A DNA stretch of 64,000 nt from NCBI GenBank assembly GCA_013239625.1, contig MU053216.1, positions 186,001-250,000 on the forward strand. Reading direction: 5' to 3'. The DNA comes from Lama guanicoe. Its lineage: Eukaryota. Under the pieces are notes generated by a model that was not told the DNA's origin, made no database searches, and was given only the letters and a program-made list of their open reading frames with translations. The first letter of the stretch is position 1, and the number at the start of each line of letters is the position of its first letter. Made by a program: the position numbers and the translations under genes. Positions 38,946 to 50,741 of the stretch are shown here, in pieces.

Positions 38946-39629
38946 CCCTCTCCCCTCACTTGGTTGAGGCTGGGCTGGGGCAGGGTCTCTGACAAGGCTG
39001 CCTGGGCCACTCATCCAGGGGGCCAGCCATGGGGGTGTCAGGCCCTGGGCTGGGGAGGAGGTGGCGGCCTTCATGAAGGCCCAGATCAGTCAGAAGGGAA
39101 GACATCGAACACAGCAGAAGCCAACCTAGAGGGACTGAGAAGTTCCCCTCCCAACCTCCCACCCGACCTGCAGGGTGGGCTTTGAACCAGAGGTCTGGGG
39201 CAGCAGGGGGGCTCTGTGGAGGAGACACCCGAGAGTCCAAGAGTTGCTCTCATTGGAGGGAGAGGAGTGGACATGAACTTACCTGGAGGCGACTTTTGGG
39301 GAGATGCTGGTGCTGGCACCCAGCGGCAAAGAGGGACAAAGCAGAGAACCTGTGCTGGGCTGGCACCAGAGGCCAGGCCTGGGGCAGGGGGAGGGAAGGA
39401 GGGGGAGTCCATTCATCCCAGAGGCTGAGGGGGAAGTTGGGGTTTGCTAAGTGCGGTGGGGCTGAGGGCAAGGCGAGGAGACGTACTTCGTACCCAAGAG
39501 AAGGCCGAGGAGAGGGATGTGTCCATCTGTTTGTTCCTTCCTTTCCGAAAGGAGCTGACACCAAGCTCCAGGAGAGGCACCGCACCAGTTTCTGCACCGC
39601 CGTCAGCCTCACAGGAACTCCGCCTTAAA

Positions 39630-40150
39630 ATTAAAATCCCTGCGCTGTGGGTGAGAAACCTGGGCTTACAGAGGTCACACAATTAGCCCAAGGTCACACA
39701 GCGTGCGGTGGCAGTGCCAGGACTCGAGGACTCTGAGTCTCAGAACCACCAAGATTTACTGTGAGCCTGCTTGGTGTTGGTGGCCAGAGGGCAGAGGGTC
39801 CATCCCACCTGGAGCACATGGTCCGGGGTGGGGGGAGATGAGAGCAAGAAATGACAGAGGTGACAGTGCTGCAGAGGCGAAGCACGGTGCACAGGCAGGA
39901 GGTATCGGGGGACAAGACTGGCAGGATGAGGGGATGGTGGGGTGGTGGTGTGGGCGAGAGGACAGAGTCCTCCAGTGAGGGGACAGCGTGTGCAGATGTT
40001 TTGTGCAGGAACCAGCACAGCCCTTTCAGGACCTGCGAGGCGATCAGTGCAGTTAGAGCACAGGAGGTGAGCGAGGCAGAGCCAGGTGAAGCTGGAGGCT
40101 GGGAGGGGGCCACATCTGGTGACAGAGGAACCTGCAGGGAGGCAGGGTGG
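39630..40150 (-). mobile_element. MIR fragment (~39630-39740) followed by L2 (~39750-40150)
   Basis: gcccaaggtcacacagc..gtggcagtgccaggactcga; then tccagtgaggggacagcgtgtgcaga..ttcaggacctgcgagg..ggaggctgggagggggccacatc. Confidence 0.7.
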
Positions 40151-40799
40151 GAGGGCAACGGGGTAGGGGCAGGCGGCAAGCAGCCCCTGGGAAGGAAGGC
40201 GCAGCTACAGTTACGCACCAGTGCATGTGGACGAGGGGAGGGTCAGCCCCTGGGGTCACGAGACCCAGTGCCACGCCTAACTGGCATCAACAGGAGAACC
40301 TGGGAAGCCTTGGGGGCTTTTGGTGCCACACGGAGTGAAAAACTGTCCCTTCCTTGACTTCCTGCCTCTTGGGACTTTTAAAAGGCTCAAGTGAAATCAA
40401 GGCTGGAAGCTGTTGTTACTCGCCCCCCACCCCGGGGGGTCCTCTGGTGCCTGAGCGGCTCTCAGCTGCCTCTTCTCAAGGCACCACAAGGCTCCCACCT
40501 CCCCATCTCGACCCAGGCCCTGCCAGGGCCCAGGTGAGCTGGCCCTTCAGAATCCCACCCCTCAGGAGGGGAGGGGCACGCTGGGGGGGGCAGAAGCCTC
40601 ACACACAGGGACTCTCAGAAGGAGCAGACAGCCCTGCACAAGGGCTTTTTCTGTAATTAGACCGCTGTACTGGAGGCAGCTCTGAGTAAGGCGTGGGGAG
40701 CTTTGATCGTCTTACCAGCAGTCAGGAGGGCCACTTCGACCACCCCCCGGCCTCCAAGCCACCTCGTATTCCAACCGTTCAGCCACTAGCCTCTCCGGC

Positions 40800-40890
40800 A
40801 TGCAGGATGGTGTCCCGGGACCCTGAGCATCAGGAAATTCAAAGTCTGACCTGAGTCCAGCCTGCTGAACTTTCAGCCCCTTCCTTTTTC
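40800..40890 (-). mobile_element. CR1/L3 relic (weak)
   Basis: Minus-strand translation KRKGLKVQQAGLRSD resembles CR1 RGNGLKLQQGRFRLD, followed by aatttcctga. Confidence 0.4.
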
Positions 40891-41599
40891 CTCCTGGCAA
40901 GGGACGCTTTTGTGGGATTCCCTTCTCCAGGGAGAAACAGAAGAGGGACAGCCAGGTGACAGGGCCCCCTCACTGAGGGTGCCACTGTGGAGGTGTGGGA
41001 GGGAACCTCTGCTGAACAGCTGACCTTGTGCCCTTGACCCTCCAGTGCCCTTTTCCGTCTGAGGAATGCTGAGCATCAGCAGGACTGCCCAGAGGGTCTT
41101 GGGCGTCAGTCCTGTCCCCCCCGACCCCCTCCTACCCGTGTGCAGCCCTGCCAGACCCGCGGGTGGCAGACTGGAAATGCCCGCATCAGCCTTTCCTGCG
41201 CCGGGTCCTGACGGCTGCCTTCTCCAGACAGGCTCCGGCGGCCCCGCGGGGGCGGCGGTGCCGCAGCGCTGTGGGGACCCAGCTCTGGAGACACGCAGTG
41301 GCGGCTGGGGTCACAGGGAGGAGGCAGAAGAGAGGGGTTTGCAGGTACCGGGAATCCCCGGGGTTCCTCGACTCCAGGAGATGAGGAGCCCTGGGAAGCC
41401 TGAGTGAGCTCAGCACACAGAATTTGAGGAGTGTCATTTCTCGGGTCGAACCCCCAACCTGATTCATGATTCTGAGTTTGCAGAGCAGGGGAAAGCAGGG
41501 AGCAGCTGCCGGGGGAGGCGGGGAGGCAAGGGGGTGAGGCCAGGCATGCGAGGGGCAAGGTCAGGATAGGGGGCTGGCCTGACACCAGCATAAGTTCCA

Positions 41600-43300
41600 C
41601 GGGGCTGAACTGGGGTCCTGAGGTCTGGGCGGTGAGTGCTGAGGATCGAGAATGGGGTTCAAGTCCTCCCTGCTCCTCCCGCCCGGCGAGTGTAGGGAGT
41701 ACCTGCGCCGGGGCTGGGGGTTGGGGGGTGGAGGGCGGGCGGCGGCCCAGGCCTGGCCCTCCCCGAGAGGGAGAGGCGGAATGGTCCCCACGGCAGAAGA
41801 CCCGCGGCGGGCTCCCATCTGGGAGCCGGTCCGGTCCGGTGCCCTGGACACTTGCTCCTCCCCCGCAGGGCCCTCCGCCCGCTTTGTCTCTTGCCCGAGA
41901 CGCGGGAGGAGGGCCCGGGGCACCAGCCCCCGACGGGTGCAGGGCGGCTGCGGTCGGGGCTCTCGGGCCGATGCCCCCCGCCTCCCCCACCCATTTTGTC
42001 TCGGTCCTCTTCGCCCTCCCTTTTCTTTTCCTCCTCGACTCAGGGAAACCTCCATCCGTATCCCCTGAAGCGAATCGGCTCCCTCCCACCCGCTAGCGGG
42101 TTCCCGACCGCGGGGAGGCCCCCGCCCCGCCGTCCTTCCCAGCCAATCCCGGCGCCCGAGAGGATCGGAAAGCCCGTGGGTGGCGGGTGCAGTGGGAGTG
42201 TCGCGGGGGGGGCGCACAGCGGGCGGGGGCGCCTCCGCAGTCTCCGGGGGCGCGCGGCCGGCCCCGCCCACCCCAAACTTATCCGGGGGCGCGCGGGCCG
42301 GACCCCTTCCCTGCCCACGTCTCTGGCACCCGCCTCCCCGCCCGGTCGCGGCCGCGGCCGCAGCGGCGGCGGCGGCGCACGGGCGGCCTCCGGCGGCTGG
42401 CTCGCGGGGGCGGGGGCCTGCGTCGGGCCGGCGGGGTCGCCCTCCGAGGGCCGGCCCGCGCCGCGTGCAGGCGGATGTGAGGAGCATCTCAATTGGCGGG
42501 CGGGGGAGCGGGGCAGGTGTTACTACTGCAGCGCGCGAGGGAGCCGGCGGGCGGAGCAGAGCCGCAGCGGCCGGGTGGCGGGGAAGGGCGGAGAGGGGCC
42601 TGGACTCCCGGACCGCGGCCGCCCCGCGCGCCGCCATCGCCACGAGCTCAGGCCCACCGCTCCCGGAGCGTCCCCGGGTAAGAGGAGCCCGGCGGGGCAC
42701 CTGAGAGCGCGGCCGAGGGTCGGGGGCGCGGGCGGATGCGGGCGCCCACCTGGGACGCTCGGACTCGGCTCGGCGCTCACCGCGGTAAACCAAGTGTAGG
42801 ACGGAGCCCGCGGCGGGGAACTGGGCTCCGGAAGTCCCTGAGGGTCCCGGGGGAGGTGTCCCGAACGATCCCCTCGTCCTCGCCGAGAGCCGTGGGAAGG
42901 GGCGCCGCGGAAGGTGGATAGGGCGGGTGTGCAGTGAAGAGTGGCTGCGGGCGCGGGACCCCAGCCGCGCCCGCCGCAGTGAGGACGTGGGCAGGCTCGG
43001 GAGACCCCGGGCGCAGAGCCGGGCGCGCCGGGGACCGGGCAGTGCGCGGAGCCCAGTTCCTTTCCGCGCCCCGGCCCTGCGGCGCCGTCCGGGTCTGGGA
43101 CGGGCGGCGGCATCTTCCGCCCCTTCCACTCCCCGAAACTTTTTCATACTCAGCAAGCGCCGCGTCTCGGTTCGTAGACACAAGGTCCCAAGAATCCTGG
43201 AGAGGGATGGAGCTTGGATAGGCCGGGGAGGGGGTGGGGGTGGGGAAGGGGCAGCAGGGCAGTGGGTGCGCATGCTCCGCTCGTTTTGCTGTGTGACCTT
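41600..43300. promoter_or_regulatory. SYT2: CpG island promoter of SYT2
   Basis: Very dense CpG and GC. GC boxes (GGGCGG) near 42221, 42262 (reverse), 42407 and 42498; CCAAT at 42143-42147 and ATTGG at 42492-42496; short (GGC)n run at 42360-42377. About 21 kb upstream of the SYT2 ATG exon. Confidence 0.85.
42500..42677 (+). other. SYT2: Probable non-coding first exon (5'UTR) of SYT2; 5' end approximate
   Basis: Inside the CpG island just downstream of GC/CCAAT boxes, no ATG, ends at a strong donor CGG|GTAAGA (GT at 42678). SYT2 is known to have non-coding first exon(s). Confidence 0.6.
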
Positions 43301-43494
43301 GTACGAGCTGCTGCACATCTCTGAACCTCAGGGTGACAGGGTGCGTAGTGCCCCAGCTGGGGCAGGGTGGTGGGTGAGCATCTGCCCGGGCCTGGGCACT
43401 GAGGATGCGCCGCCCTAGTTTGCCCGCCTCTCTGCGGGAGCTGGGGGCTCACTTCCTGGGGAGGCAGGTGGCAGCGTGGAGCTGGTTTCCCAGC

Positions 43495-43600
43495 GTGCCA
43501 GAAGTCAGGAAGCTTCCATTCTGACCCCACCTATGACCTTGGACAACTCACTTATCCCTCTGGGCCTCAGTATTTTCACCTGGAACATGGGGGTATCTGC
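43495..43600 (+). mobile_element. MIR fragment
   Basis: tatgaccttggacaactcacttatccctctgggcctcagtattttcacctggaacatggg. Confidence 0.75.
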
Positions 43601-44309
43601 TGCCCCCCCACAGGTGAAGTGCCCTGGAGGGAAGAGGGTGCAGCTCCATCAGTCCATCCCATCTGTGACCCAGCATCTGGGGGAGCTGGCTCCCTCCCCC
43701 CACAGAGGCACTGTTTCCATTCTCAGAATCTCCACACCACACACCTGTGCAGGGGACAGAGCCTTCCCTGGAGAAAGGTTCCCAGTGCTGAACAGGAGGC
43801 CTGTGGTAAAAGGAAGATGTCAGGGGCCCCCAAGGTCATGCTTGTCTCTGGACTGATGAGGATGCTCTGAAGGTCTGCACATTGTAGCCCCTGGCACCCT
43901 GCTGGGCACTGCGGTGGGGGGGGCCTTCCCATAGGAGAATTAACTTGACTCCTTCTTGGGGTGATCCTGGCTCCATTCCAGCAGAGATGAACGGTACCAT
44001 CTCATTGGGCCTCAGGGTGCTGTGGCAAAGTCCTGGTTTAGGATAGGAGCCCTAGGTTTAATTTTAGGCCTTACCTCCCATTCGTGTGACCTTGTGTGAC
44101 CTTGGGCAAGCCCCTTTCTTGCTTCCTCGCCTGTACATGGGAGGGATTGAACTAGGTGACTGCCCAGGAGCCCCCCAGCCTGAAGTCCTGCGGCTGCAGT
44201 TCTGGGCTGGTGTCTGATAGTGAGACGTGGGCCCAGTGGGGCAGGGGGCCTCGGAAATTCCCCAGAGTGGGGATGACCTGAGACAGGATTCTGTGAGTGG
44301 GCAGTGCAT

Positions 44310-44470
44310 CCGCAGGAGCCCCGGGTGTTACTAGTTATTGGCCGTGTGACCTTGAGCAAGTCACTTTACATCTTTGAGCTTCAGTTAGTTGTCAGAACAA
44401 AATGATAATAGCTGTGGTGTTTTAGGATGGCTATGAGGAGTGAATGAGAAGCATGCTTAGTACAGGGTGG
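44310..44470 (+). mobile_element. MIR
   Basis: gtgtgaccttgagcaagtcacttt..tgagcttcagtt..gctatgaggagtgaatgaga..tgcttagtacag. Confidence 0.8.
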
Positions 44471-44656
44471 AGCCTCCCAGCCCCTAGCTAGCATGAGGCA
44501 GCTACTGCTGAGGAGAAGGGAGGCCCTTGCCTCTCTGCCAGCAGGGGGGCAGGAGTGGGCTGGGGAGGGGGGGACACTTCAAGGTGCTCTCCCTGCAGTT
44601 TCCAGGGCTCCTGCGGAAGGGCACGGCAGCACTGCAACCCCCACAGCCTCGCTGCC

Positions 44657-44684
44657 TCTCTGTCTCTGTCTCTGTCTCTGTCTC
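44657..44684. repeat. (TCTCTG)n microsatellite
   Basis: About 4.7 copies, seen directly. Confidence 0.9.
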
Positions 44685-45284
44685 ATTCTCTCTTGGACCA
44701 TCAGAGTCATCCTGCAGCTGAAACTTCATGGGGAAGAAACTGCTGGACTTTCCTCTCATCTCACATCTGTTTTCCTCTGGTTCCCTTGTCCCACTTTCTG
44801 CCATACGTCTGGTCCCTTCTGTGGTTACAGGGTGGGGCTGCATTCCATCCACTCCCCGAGCCTTCAGGAAATAAGCCAACTGCAGCCAAGAGCAAGTGAG
44901 GCTGGACCCGGGGAGGGAACAGGTAGAGCACCTCTGCACCCAGGACCCCAGGATGCCAGTGTGGGCCATACAGGTGCCCTGGGGGGCTGGGTCGTGGGGT
45001 GGTGGGGCCAGGATTGGCTTACCCTAGACTTGCTGTGCAACCTTAGGCAAATCACACCCCCTGGGCCCCTGTTTTCCCAACTGCAAAGGAAAAGGTTGGT
45101 TTGGATGATTCTCAGGGCCTCCTGACCCTTCGTGCCGGAGTAGCAAAGAAATGGCCTTGCTGGCTCTGCTTTTGCTGAGGCTGGGAGGGTGTGCAGTGGG
45201 TGCGAGGTTCTGAGAGTCACGCAGTCGCCGCCCCTCGGTCGCAGTACTGTGACGGCCTGGGGAGAGGGGAGTACATCTCCTCAG

Positions 45285-45500
45285 AGTGCTGATGGTTAAG
45301 AGCAAAGGCTTTGTGGAAAGACACATCCAGATTCCCACCTTGAGTCTTTCCTTATTAGCTGTGTGAATTTGGGCAAATTACTTAACCTCTCTGAGCCTCA
45401 GTTATGTCACCTGTAAAATGGGAACAATGTTGCCTACTTCTTAGGGTTCTGCTGAAGATTACGTGGGAACGATTTATATAAAACCCTGGGATGTGGGGAG
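45285..45500 (+). mobile_element. MIR, near full length
   Basis: tggttaagagcaaaggct..tagctgtgtgaatttgggcaaattacttaacctctctgagcctcagtt..cacctgtaaaatggg..cctacttcttagggtt. Confidence 0.9.
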
Positions 45501-47734
45501 TTCTTTGAACTGAGTGCTGCATGAGAAACGGGCTTTCTGAGGTTCTGTGCGAGCAGGGGCTCAACATAGAGGAAGTGCGGGCACAGAGCCCACCGTCCTG
45601 CAGTGTCACCACCACAGGCTTCTGAGAAAGCCCTGCCTGCCTCGTCCTCTTCTCATTGTGCTCTGCTGCCTGTGGCCTCTGGAGCTGGACACACTGGGCC
45701 TTGTCACAGGCCTTGGGGGTGAGTCTGCAGAGAGAATCATGGAGCTGACAGCAGGCCCCTAGTGACGAGGGTACAAGGTGGAGCCTGACAGCCTCCATTC
45801 AAGGTTAGTCTTGAGAAAAGGGCTGGAAAATAAGGTCTTGGAGAAAAGGCATCACTGCCCACAGGTTTGTTGAGTGAGTGGAACTACCACATGGGGCACC
45901 AGAAGGGGCCTTTGGCATCATCTCATCCTGTCTCTGATTCTGGTGATGGGGAAGTTGGGCTCAGAGAGGGAGAGTGCCTTGCCCAGTGTCCCACAGCATG
46001 TGGGCATCAGAGATGAGGCTGCACCTGCCCTGTGGACCCTCAGCCCCGCGCCCTCCCCACTCTCCCCAGTAGCACCAAGTGGTTATTTTGCATCTCTCCT
46101 AAAATCAGAGCATGAAGTGAAGGGCCTTGATTGCAGTGAGAGGACGTGAGGTCATCAGATCTGACATGCCGAGGTTGCAGATGAGGACACTGAGGCCCAA
46201 GAGGATGAAAGGGTTGGCATAAGGTTGCCCAGAGCCAGAGCCTTGCACGCCAGGCCAGGGCTGTGCCCGAGGTTCCAGCTGCCGCCCTGCTTCTCGGGCC
46301 GGACCGGCCACACAGCAGCAGCACGGCCACAATGCGGGTATGCGGACCCGATGGGAGAAGGGACAGAAGGGCAGAGGTGTTACTTCCAAGACCCAGATTT
46401 TCTCTCTGGCTCTGTCATTTGGCCTGTCTCTGCCGGCCCCTGCCTGGAGCTGTTCTGTGTCAGCCTGCCTCGCTCAGCGAGAGAGGAGACCATAGCCAGC
46501 CCTCTGGCCTCAGTCCCATCGGTGACAGGGACGCTGAGTGGAAGAAAGCTGATACTTGCCCAGTGGCAAAGGAAGGGAGATAGTCCGATCTGGGATGAGA
46601 ATGAGGGGAGTGACTCTGAGGAGGGAGGGCACCCCGCTGTGTATGGGAGAACTCCCCCGGCCCCCCAGCCTAACCCCCGGTGCATTTCCCTACTGTCTGG
46701 GGCTGGCATCGCCCCAGCTCCCAGCTCACTGGAGAAGGGGACTTCTGTGGGGAGGCCTCAGAGCAGGCTTACCTCCTTATCTACCGCGAGCCCGGGGAGG
46801 ACGTGGAAGAGTCCTTGCCAGGTCAGGGGAGGCTGTGAATGACTTTTTCTTGCCTTTGTTCTGTTATCTGTCCATTTTCCTTCTCTGCATCCTGGACTTG
46901 GGGGGTGGGCAGGGCGAGAGCCCACAGCCTCTCAGCTGAAATGCAGCTCGAACCTGCGGCAGCTGCTGGCTGCTTTAATGGCTTCTGTGGTAGCAGTGTC
47001 CTGACGATTTGACAAAGGGAGCTTTGGGAGCAGGGGCCTCTTCGGCACTGGGGCGGCAGGACTGGCGGGCGGCAGAGGAAGGATTTCTTGGCGCAGGCAT
47101 CACACCTCTGGGTGAGTCTGCCAGGTGGGGGACTGTGGGTGGGTCCACCGAGCCCGGCCTCCAGGGAGCACATTCAATGTTACCTGCCCCAGAGAGGCCC
47201 CGGTGTAATTCTTGGAGGTCAGGGCAGCTGCCACAGACAGACCCTGGTCCCCTGGCCCACAACTGCTCACAGGGCTGGCCCTTCCTGGAGACCAGACAGC
47301 CACGGTGGACAGCCACCGTGGACCTGGGGCAGCTGGGCCATTGACTGAGGGGGTGGTCCTGACCTGGCCCCCGCCCAGCCAGCCCTGTGGCAACGATCAG
47401 CCACCTGGCAGGAGGGTGTCTCAGAGCCGCTGCTCTCAGGGGTGGTTGGGGCTGCCGGCCCTGGGCCTCCCTTCAGCCTGCTTCCCACTGCTTGGCCAGG
47501 CTGGGACTTGAGGGCAGCCTGAAGCCTGTGCCCCACGGCCCCCACACATGCCCCTGGGGGAGAGCACAGCCCAGCTCCCTGCCCCGTCGTGAGTGGACTC
47601 CCCGAGTCTTCCTGGGCCCTGGCCCATTGCTGGTGGGACCTGGGTGTGTGCTCCTCGCACCTCATCAGGGCTCAGCACTGCAGCCCAGGGGTTAGGAGCG
47701 CAATGCCAGGGCCAGGTGCCTGCAGGGTTTTGGA

Positions 47735-47880
47735 TAAGAAACACTTGGCACCTCGGTTTCCTCACCTTTAAAATGGAAGTAAAATGGTTTGTACGCCATG
47801 GGGTTGATATGAGGGTTTACTGTAGTGATATTTTTAGGAAGCTTTAAAAATACAAAGAGCTATAAAAATTGAGCTGTTGA
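47735..47880 (+). mobile_element. MIR 3' half
   Basis: cctcggtttcctcacctttaaaatgg..gggttgatatgagg..aagctttaaaa. Confidence 0.65.
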
Positions 47881-49294
47881 TAGGGAGTTTCATAAACCTG
47901 AAAGAGGCACTTTGTAGGTAAAGAAACAGCACAGGAGCCGGGAGGGGGGATGGCAAGGATGTGACTGAGTTTGATCAGAACAACTGGAACCCAGTGATTG
48001 CAGTGTAAAGCCCTTGCTCCCCCCACCCAGCTGTCCCCGCAAACTGTGTCTGGACGGAGGCGTCTCACCTGCCTGACGGTCTGCAATGCCGGCCTCCTCC
48101 CGCCTCGGCTCTGGTGCGGAGGCTTCTGGGCCGAGGCTCTGGCCTGTTGAGCTTTCTGCAAACAGCTCCAAACCCAGTGGGCCGCTCCCCTGACAAACGC
48201 AGCTGGGTTCTGGGTGGCTCTGGGCTGAGTCCGCCCTCCCCCAGCATCTCCTCTTTCTCGGCCTGGAAGCTGGAGGTGGGATGGCAGGCAGTCCTGTGTC
48301 TCCGAGCACGCCCTACAGGGGGCAGGAGTGTGTCCGGACGTGGCCCATGGTCACACAGGCAGACAGTGGGAGGGTGGGGGCCATCTCCTTCTATCTGGGA
48401 CACCCGGCTGGTGGCCCTGGGATGGGACAGGCGCCCTTCCTCCTACCCCGCAGCCGGGCTGTCTGCAGGGCCCTGAGGCGGGAGGGGGCGCCGCTCTCAC
48501 ACACACCACCTTTCCTTGCCAGGGGAGACCAGACCTGACTGACCGAACTCATGTCCCCTCCCTCGGCTCCGCCTTCCTGGCGGGAGGCGGCACCCGCCGG
48601 GCCTGCTGGTGGCATGGGTCTGATGATTAAGTCGAGGGCCCCTGCGGGGGGACAGGAGTGACCAGCCCAGATGCCCCAGCCACCTGGCCAGGGGTGCCTG
48701 CTGCCCCAGGGCCCTCTGGCCAGTTGTGTGGGGTGAGTGACAGGTCTGGAGGGGGAGGCCGCTTTACTTCAGTTACTCAGGGCCTCTGAGCCCTCCTCAA
48801 AGTCCCTTCCCAAATATCATTTTACCAAGAGCCTCGGAGATGAGCTGCTTTGTCAAGGTCGACCCCAAGGTCACTCCGAGGTGAGCACATGCTGAGTCTG
48901 CTGCGCTTCATCCGCCCACCCCCCCAGGTTCCTGAGGACAGTGCTGGGGTTCTCGGCCTGGTGCCTGTCTCCTGTGACCTTGGCCCTGACCTCAGACCCC
49001 TCAGGAGTTCGGAGGACTGAGGCGAGACCCTGGGAGAGCTTCCTGAGTGGCTTAGCAGGAGATGAGACGGAGGCTGCTCCCAAGATACTTGGGAGCTTGG
49101 CTGGACCCGGTCTCTGGAGAAGCGTCAGGAAATGGCCTCAGACTTGGAGTTAATGGCACAGAGTCCAGAGTTCGGCCCCGCAGCCTCCTGGCCAACCTGA
49201 GGGCCGCGGCTGGGTCTTGGGACCATCGCCCTGCTCTCAAGACTGTGGTCGAAGCTCCTTGCTCTACAGGGGCATATGGTATATAGATCTGTTA

Positions 49295-49809
49295 CTTAAG
49301 CAGCTTTCCTGAGAGATCATCTACGTGCCGTACGGTTCAGGCGCGTCAAGGGGTTCGGGGTCTTTAGTATGCTCAGAGTACAACCACTGCCTTGTCTCAA
49401 TGAGAACATTTTTTTGGACCCCAAAAAAGAAAAATGAAGCAGCGGTCACTCCCTGTCCTTCCTTTCCGCGAGCTCTAACCAGCGGATAACCTGCCTTCCG
49501 AGCCGTCAGTCTCTCTTCTAGGCATTTCCTGTAAGTAGACCCGGACAGTATGTGGCCTTCTGTGATTGGCTTCTTCCACTTACGTAGTATTTTCAAGGCC
49601 CACCCTCTGTCGGTCGTGTGTCTGCACTTCATTCCTTCCCGGGGCTGAGTGACAGTCGCACGGGGCAGACCACAGCTCGCTGATCCATCCGGCGGTTAAC
49701 CGGTCGACTTGTGAATGTGGCGCTGTGAGCATTCACGTGCGCGCTTTTCAGAAAAAAACCTGTGTGTTTGCTTCTCTTGGCTACATACCTAGGAGTGGGA
49801 TTGCTGGCT
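49295..49809 (-). mobile_element. L1MB-type 3' end
   Basis: cagctttcctgagagat..gaacattttt..accccaaaaaagaaa..cagtatgtggccttctgtgattggcttcttccactta..cacttcattcctt..atacctaggagtgggattgctgg. Confidence 0.88.
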
Positions 49810-50138
49810 CAGGTGGTCCTCTGCGTCCACGGGTTCTCCCCTGCATCTGAGGATTCAACTGCCTGTAGACTGAAAATGTCTGAAAAAATTCCAGAAAGTT
49901 CTGCAAAGCGAAACTTGAATTTGCCTCATGCTGGCAACTGTTACCTAGCACTCACCTTGCGTTTGCAGCTGTTTACATGGTGAGCCGCTGTGTGATCTAG
50001 ACTGACTTCGAGTTTACGGGAGGATGGCCGTGGTCGTATGCAGACACTGCACAGTTTCTGGAAGGGACGTGAGCGTCCTCGGGTTTTGGTATCTGAGGGG
50101 TCCTGGAACCAGGGCTCCACAAACACTGCGGACGACTG
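49810..50138. mobile_element. MER2-type TcMar-Tigger MITE abutting or inserted in the L1
   Basis: TIR-like ends caggtggtcctctgcgtcc / gcggacgactg; internal ggattcaac..aaaaaattccagaaagtt..aaacttgaatttgcc..ttttggtatctgagggggtcctggaacca. Confidence 0.88.
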
Positions 50139-50194
50139 CACCATGTTTGAGCTGGCTTTTCTCGGCCTGTTCTGAGCACTCTAGGTGGGTTTGC

Positions 50195-50345
50195 TGTTAA
50201 GAATCACAGTGCCTGTGAGGTAGGTGCTGTTATTCCCGTTTTGTGGAACGAGTAAGCTGAGGCTCAGAGGCATCAAATCACTTGCCCAGGAGCTGGCCTG
50301 GAGAGCCAGGACTTGAACCCCACCGTGCTGGCCTGAGTGCAGTGC
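50195..50345 (-). mobile_element. MIR
   Basis: cctgtgaggtaggtgctgttattcccgtttt..ctgaggctcagagg..cacttgcccagg..gagccaggacttgaaccc. Confidence 0.85.
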
Positions 50346-50718
50346 CGAGTGGGGTGTTCCCAGCCCACCATAGGTACTCGAGAAACGTCTGTTGCCTCCT
50401 GAGGACGTGAGAGACCCCTGCATTCTGTGTCCCCATGTGTGATTTTAGGGGCCTCTGTGTTCCCCCAGAATTGAAGGCCCCCCGTGTGGCGCTTGAGAGG
50501 CAGAGAGGACCTTCGACCCAGTCAGGACATGGGGAGCCCCAGGGATCCCAGCCCTTCTCTGGGCTTTGCTTCCTGTTGCTCAGGGAGGGACCTCCTTCTG
50601 GCTCGTACTCCCTGGAGGGGGCACCCAGGGCCCCAGCAGTGCTGCCCCTGCTCGCTGTGCCGACCAACGAGGGAGGGGGCTGAGTGGGGTGGGGTGGGAG
50701 GAGGAAGTGCCACACAGA

Positions 50719-50741
50719 CCCCCCCCCCCCCCCCCCCCCCC
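50719..50741. repeat. Poly(C)23 homopolymer
   Basis: Seen directly. Confidence 0.95.

Noticed and set aside
41106-43418. Long overlapping ORFs (585, 327 and 315 aa)
   Set aside because: Low-complexity Pro/Arg/Gly/Ala translations on both strands of a CpG island, where stop codons are rare; no recognisable domain
44538-44552. CTCF-like CCAGCAGGGGGGCAG (similar sites at ~15537 and ~54719)
   Set aside because: G-run length or core positions do not fit the consensus; such matches are common in GC-rich DNA
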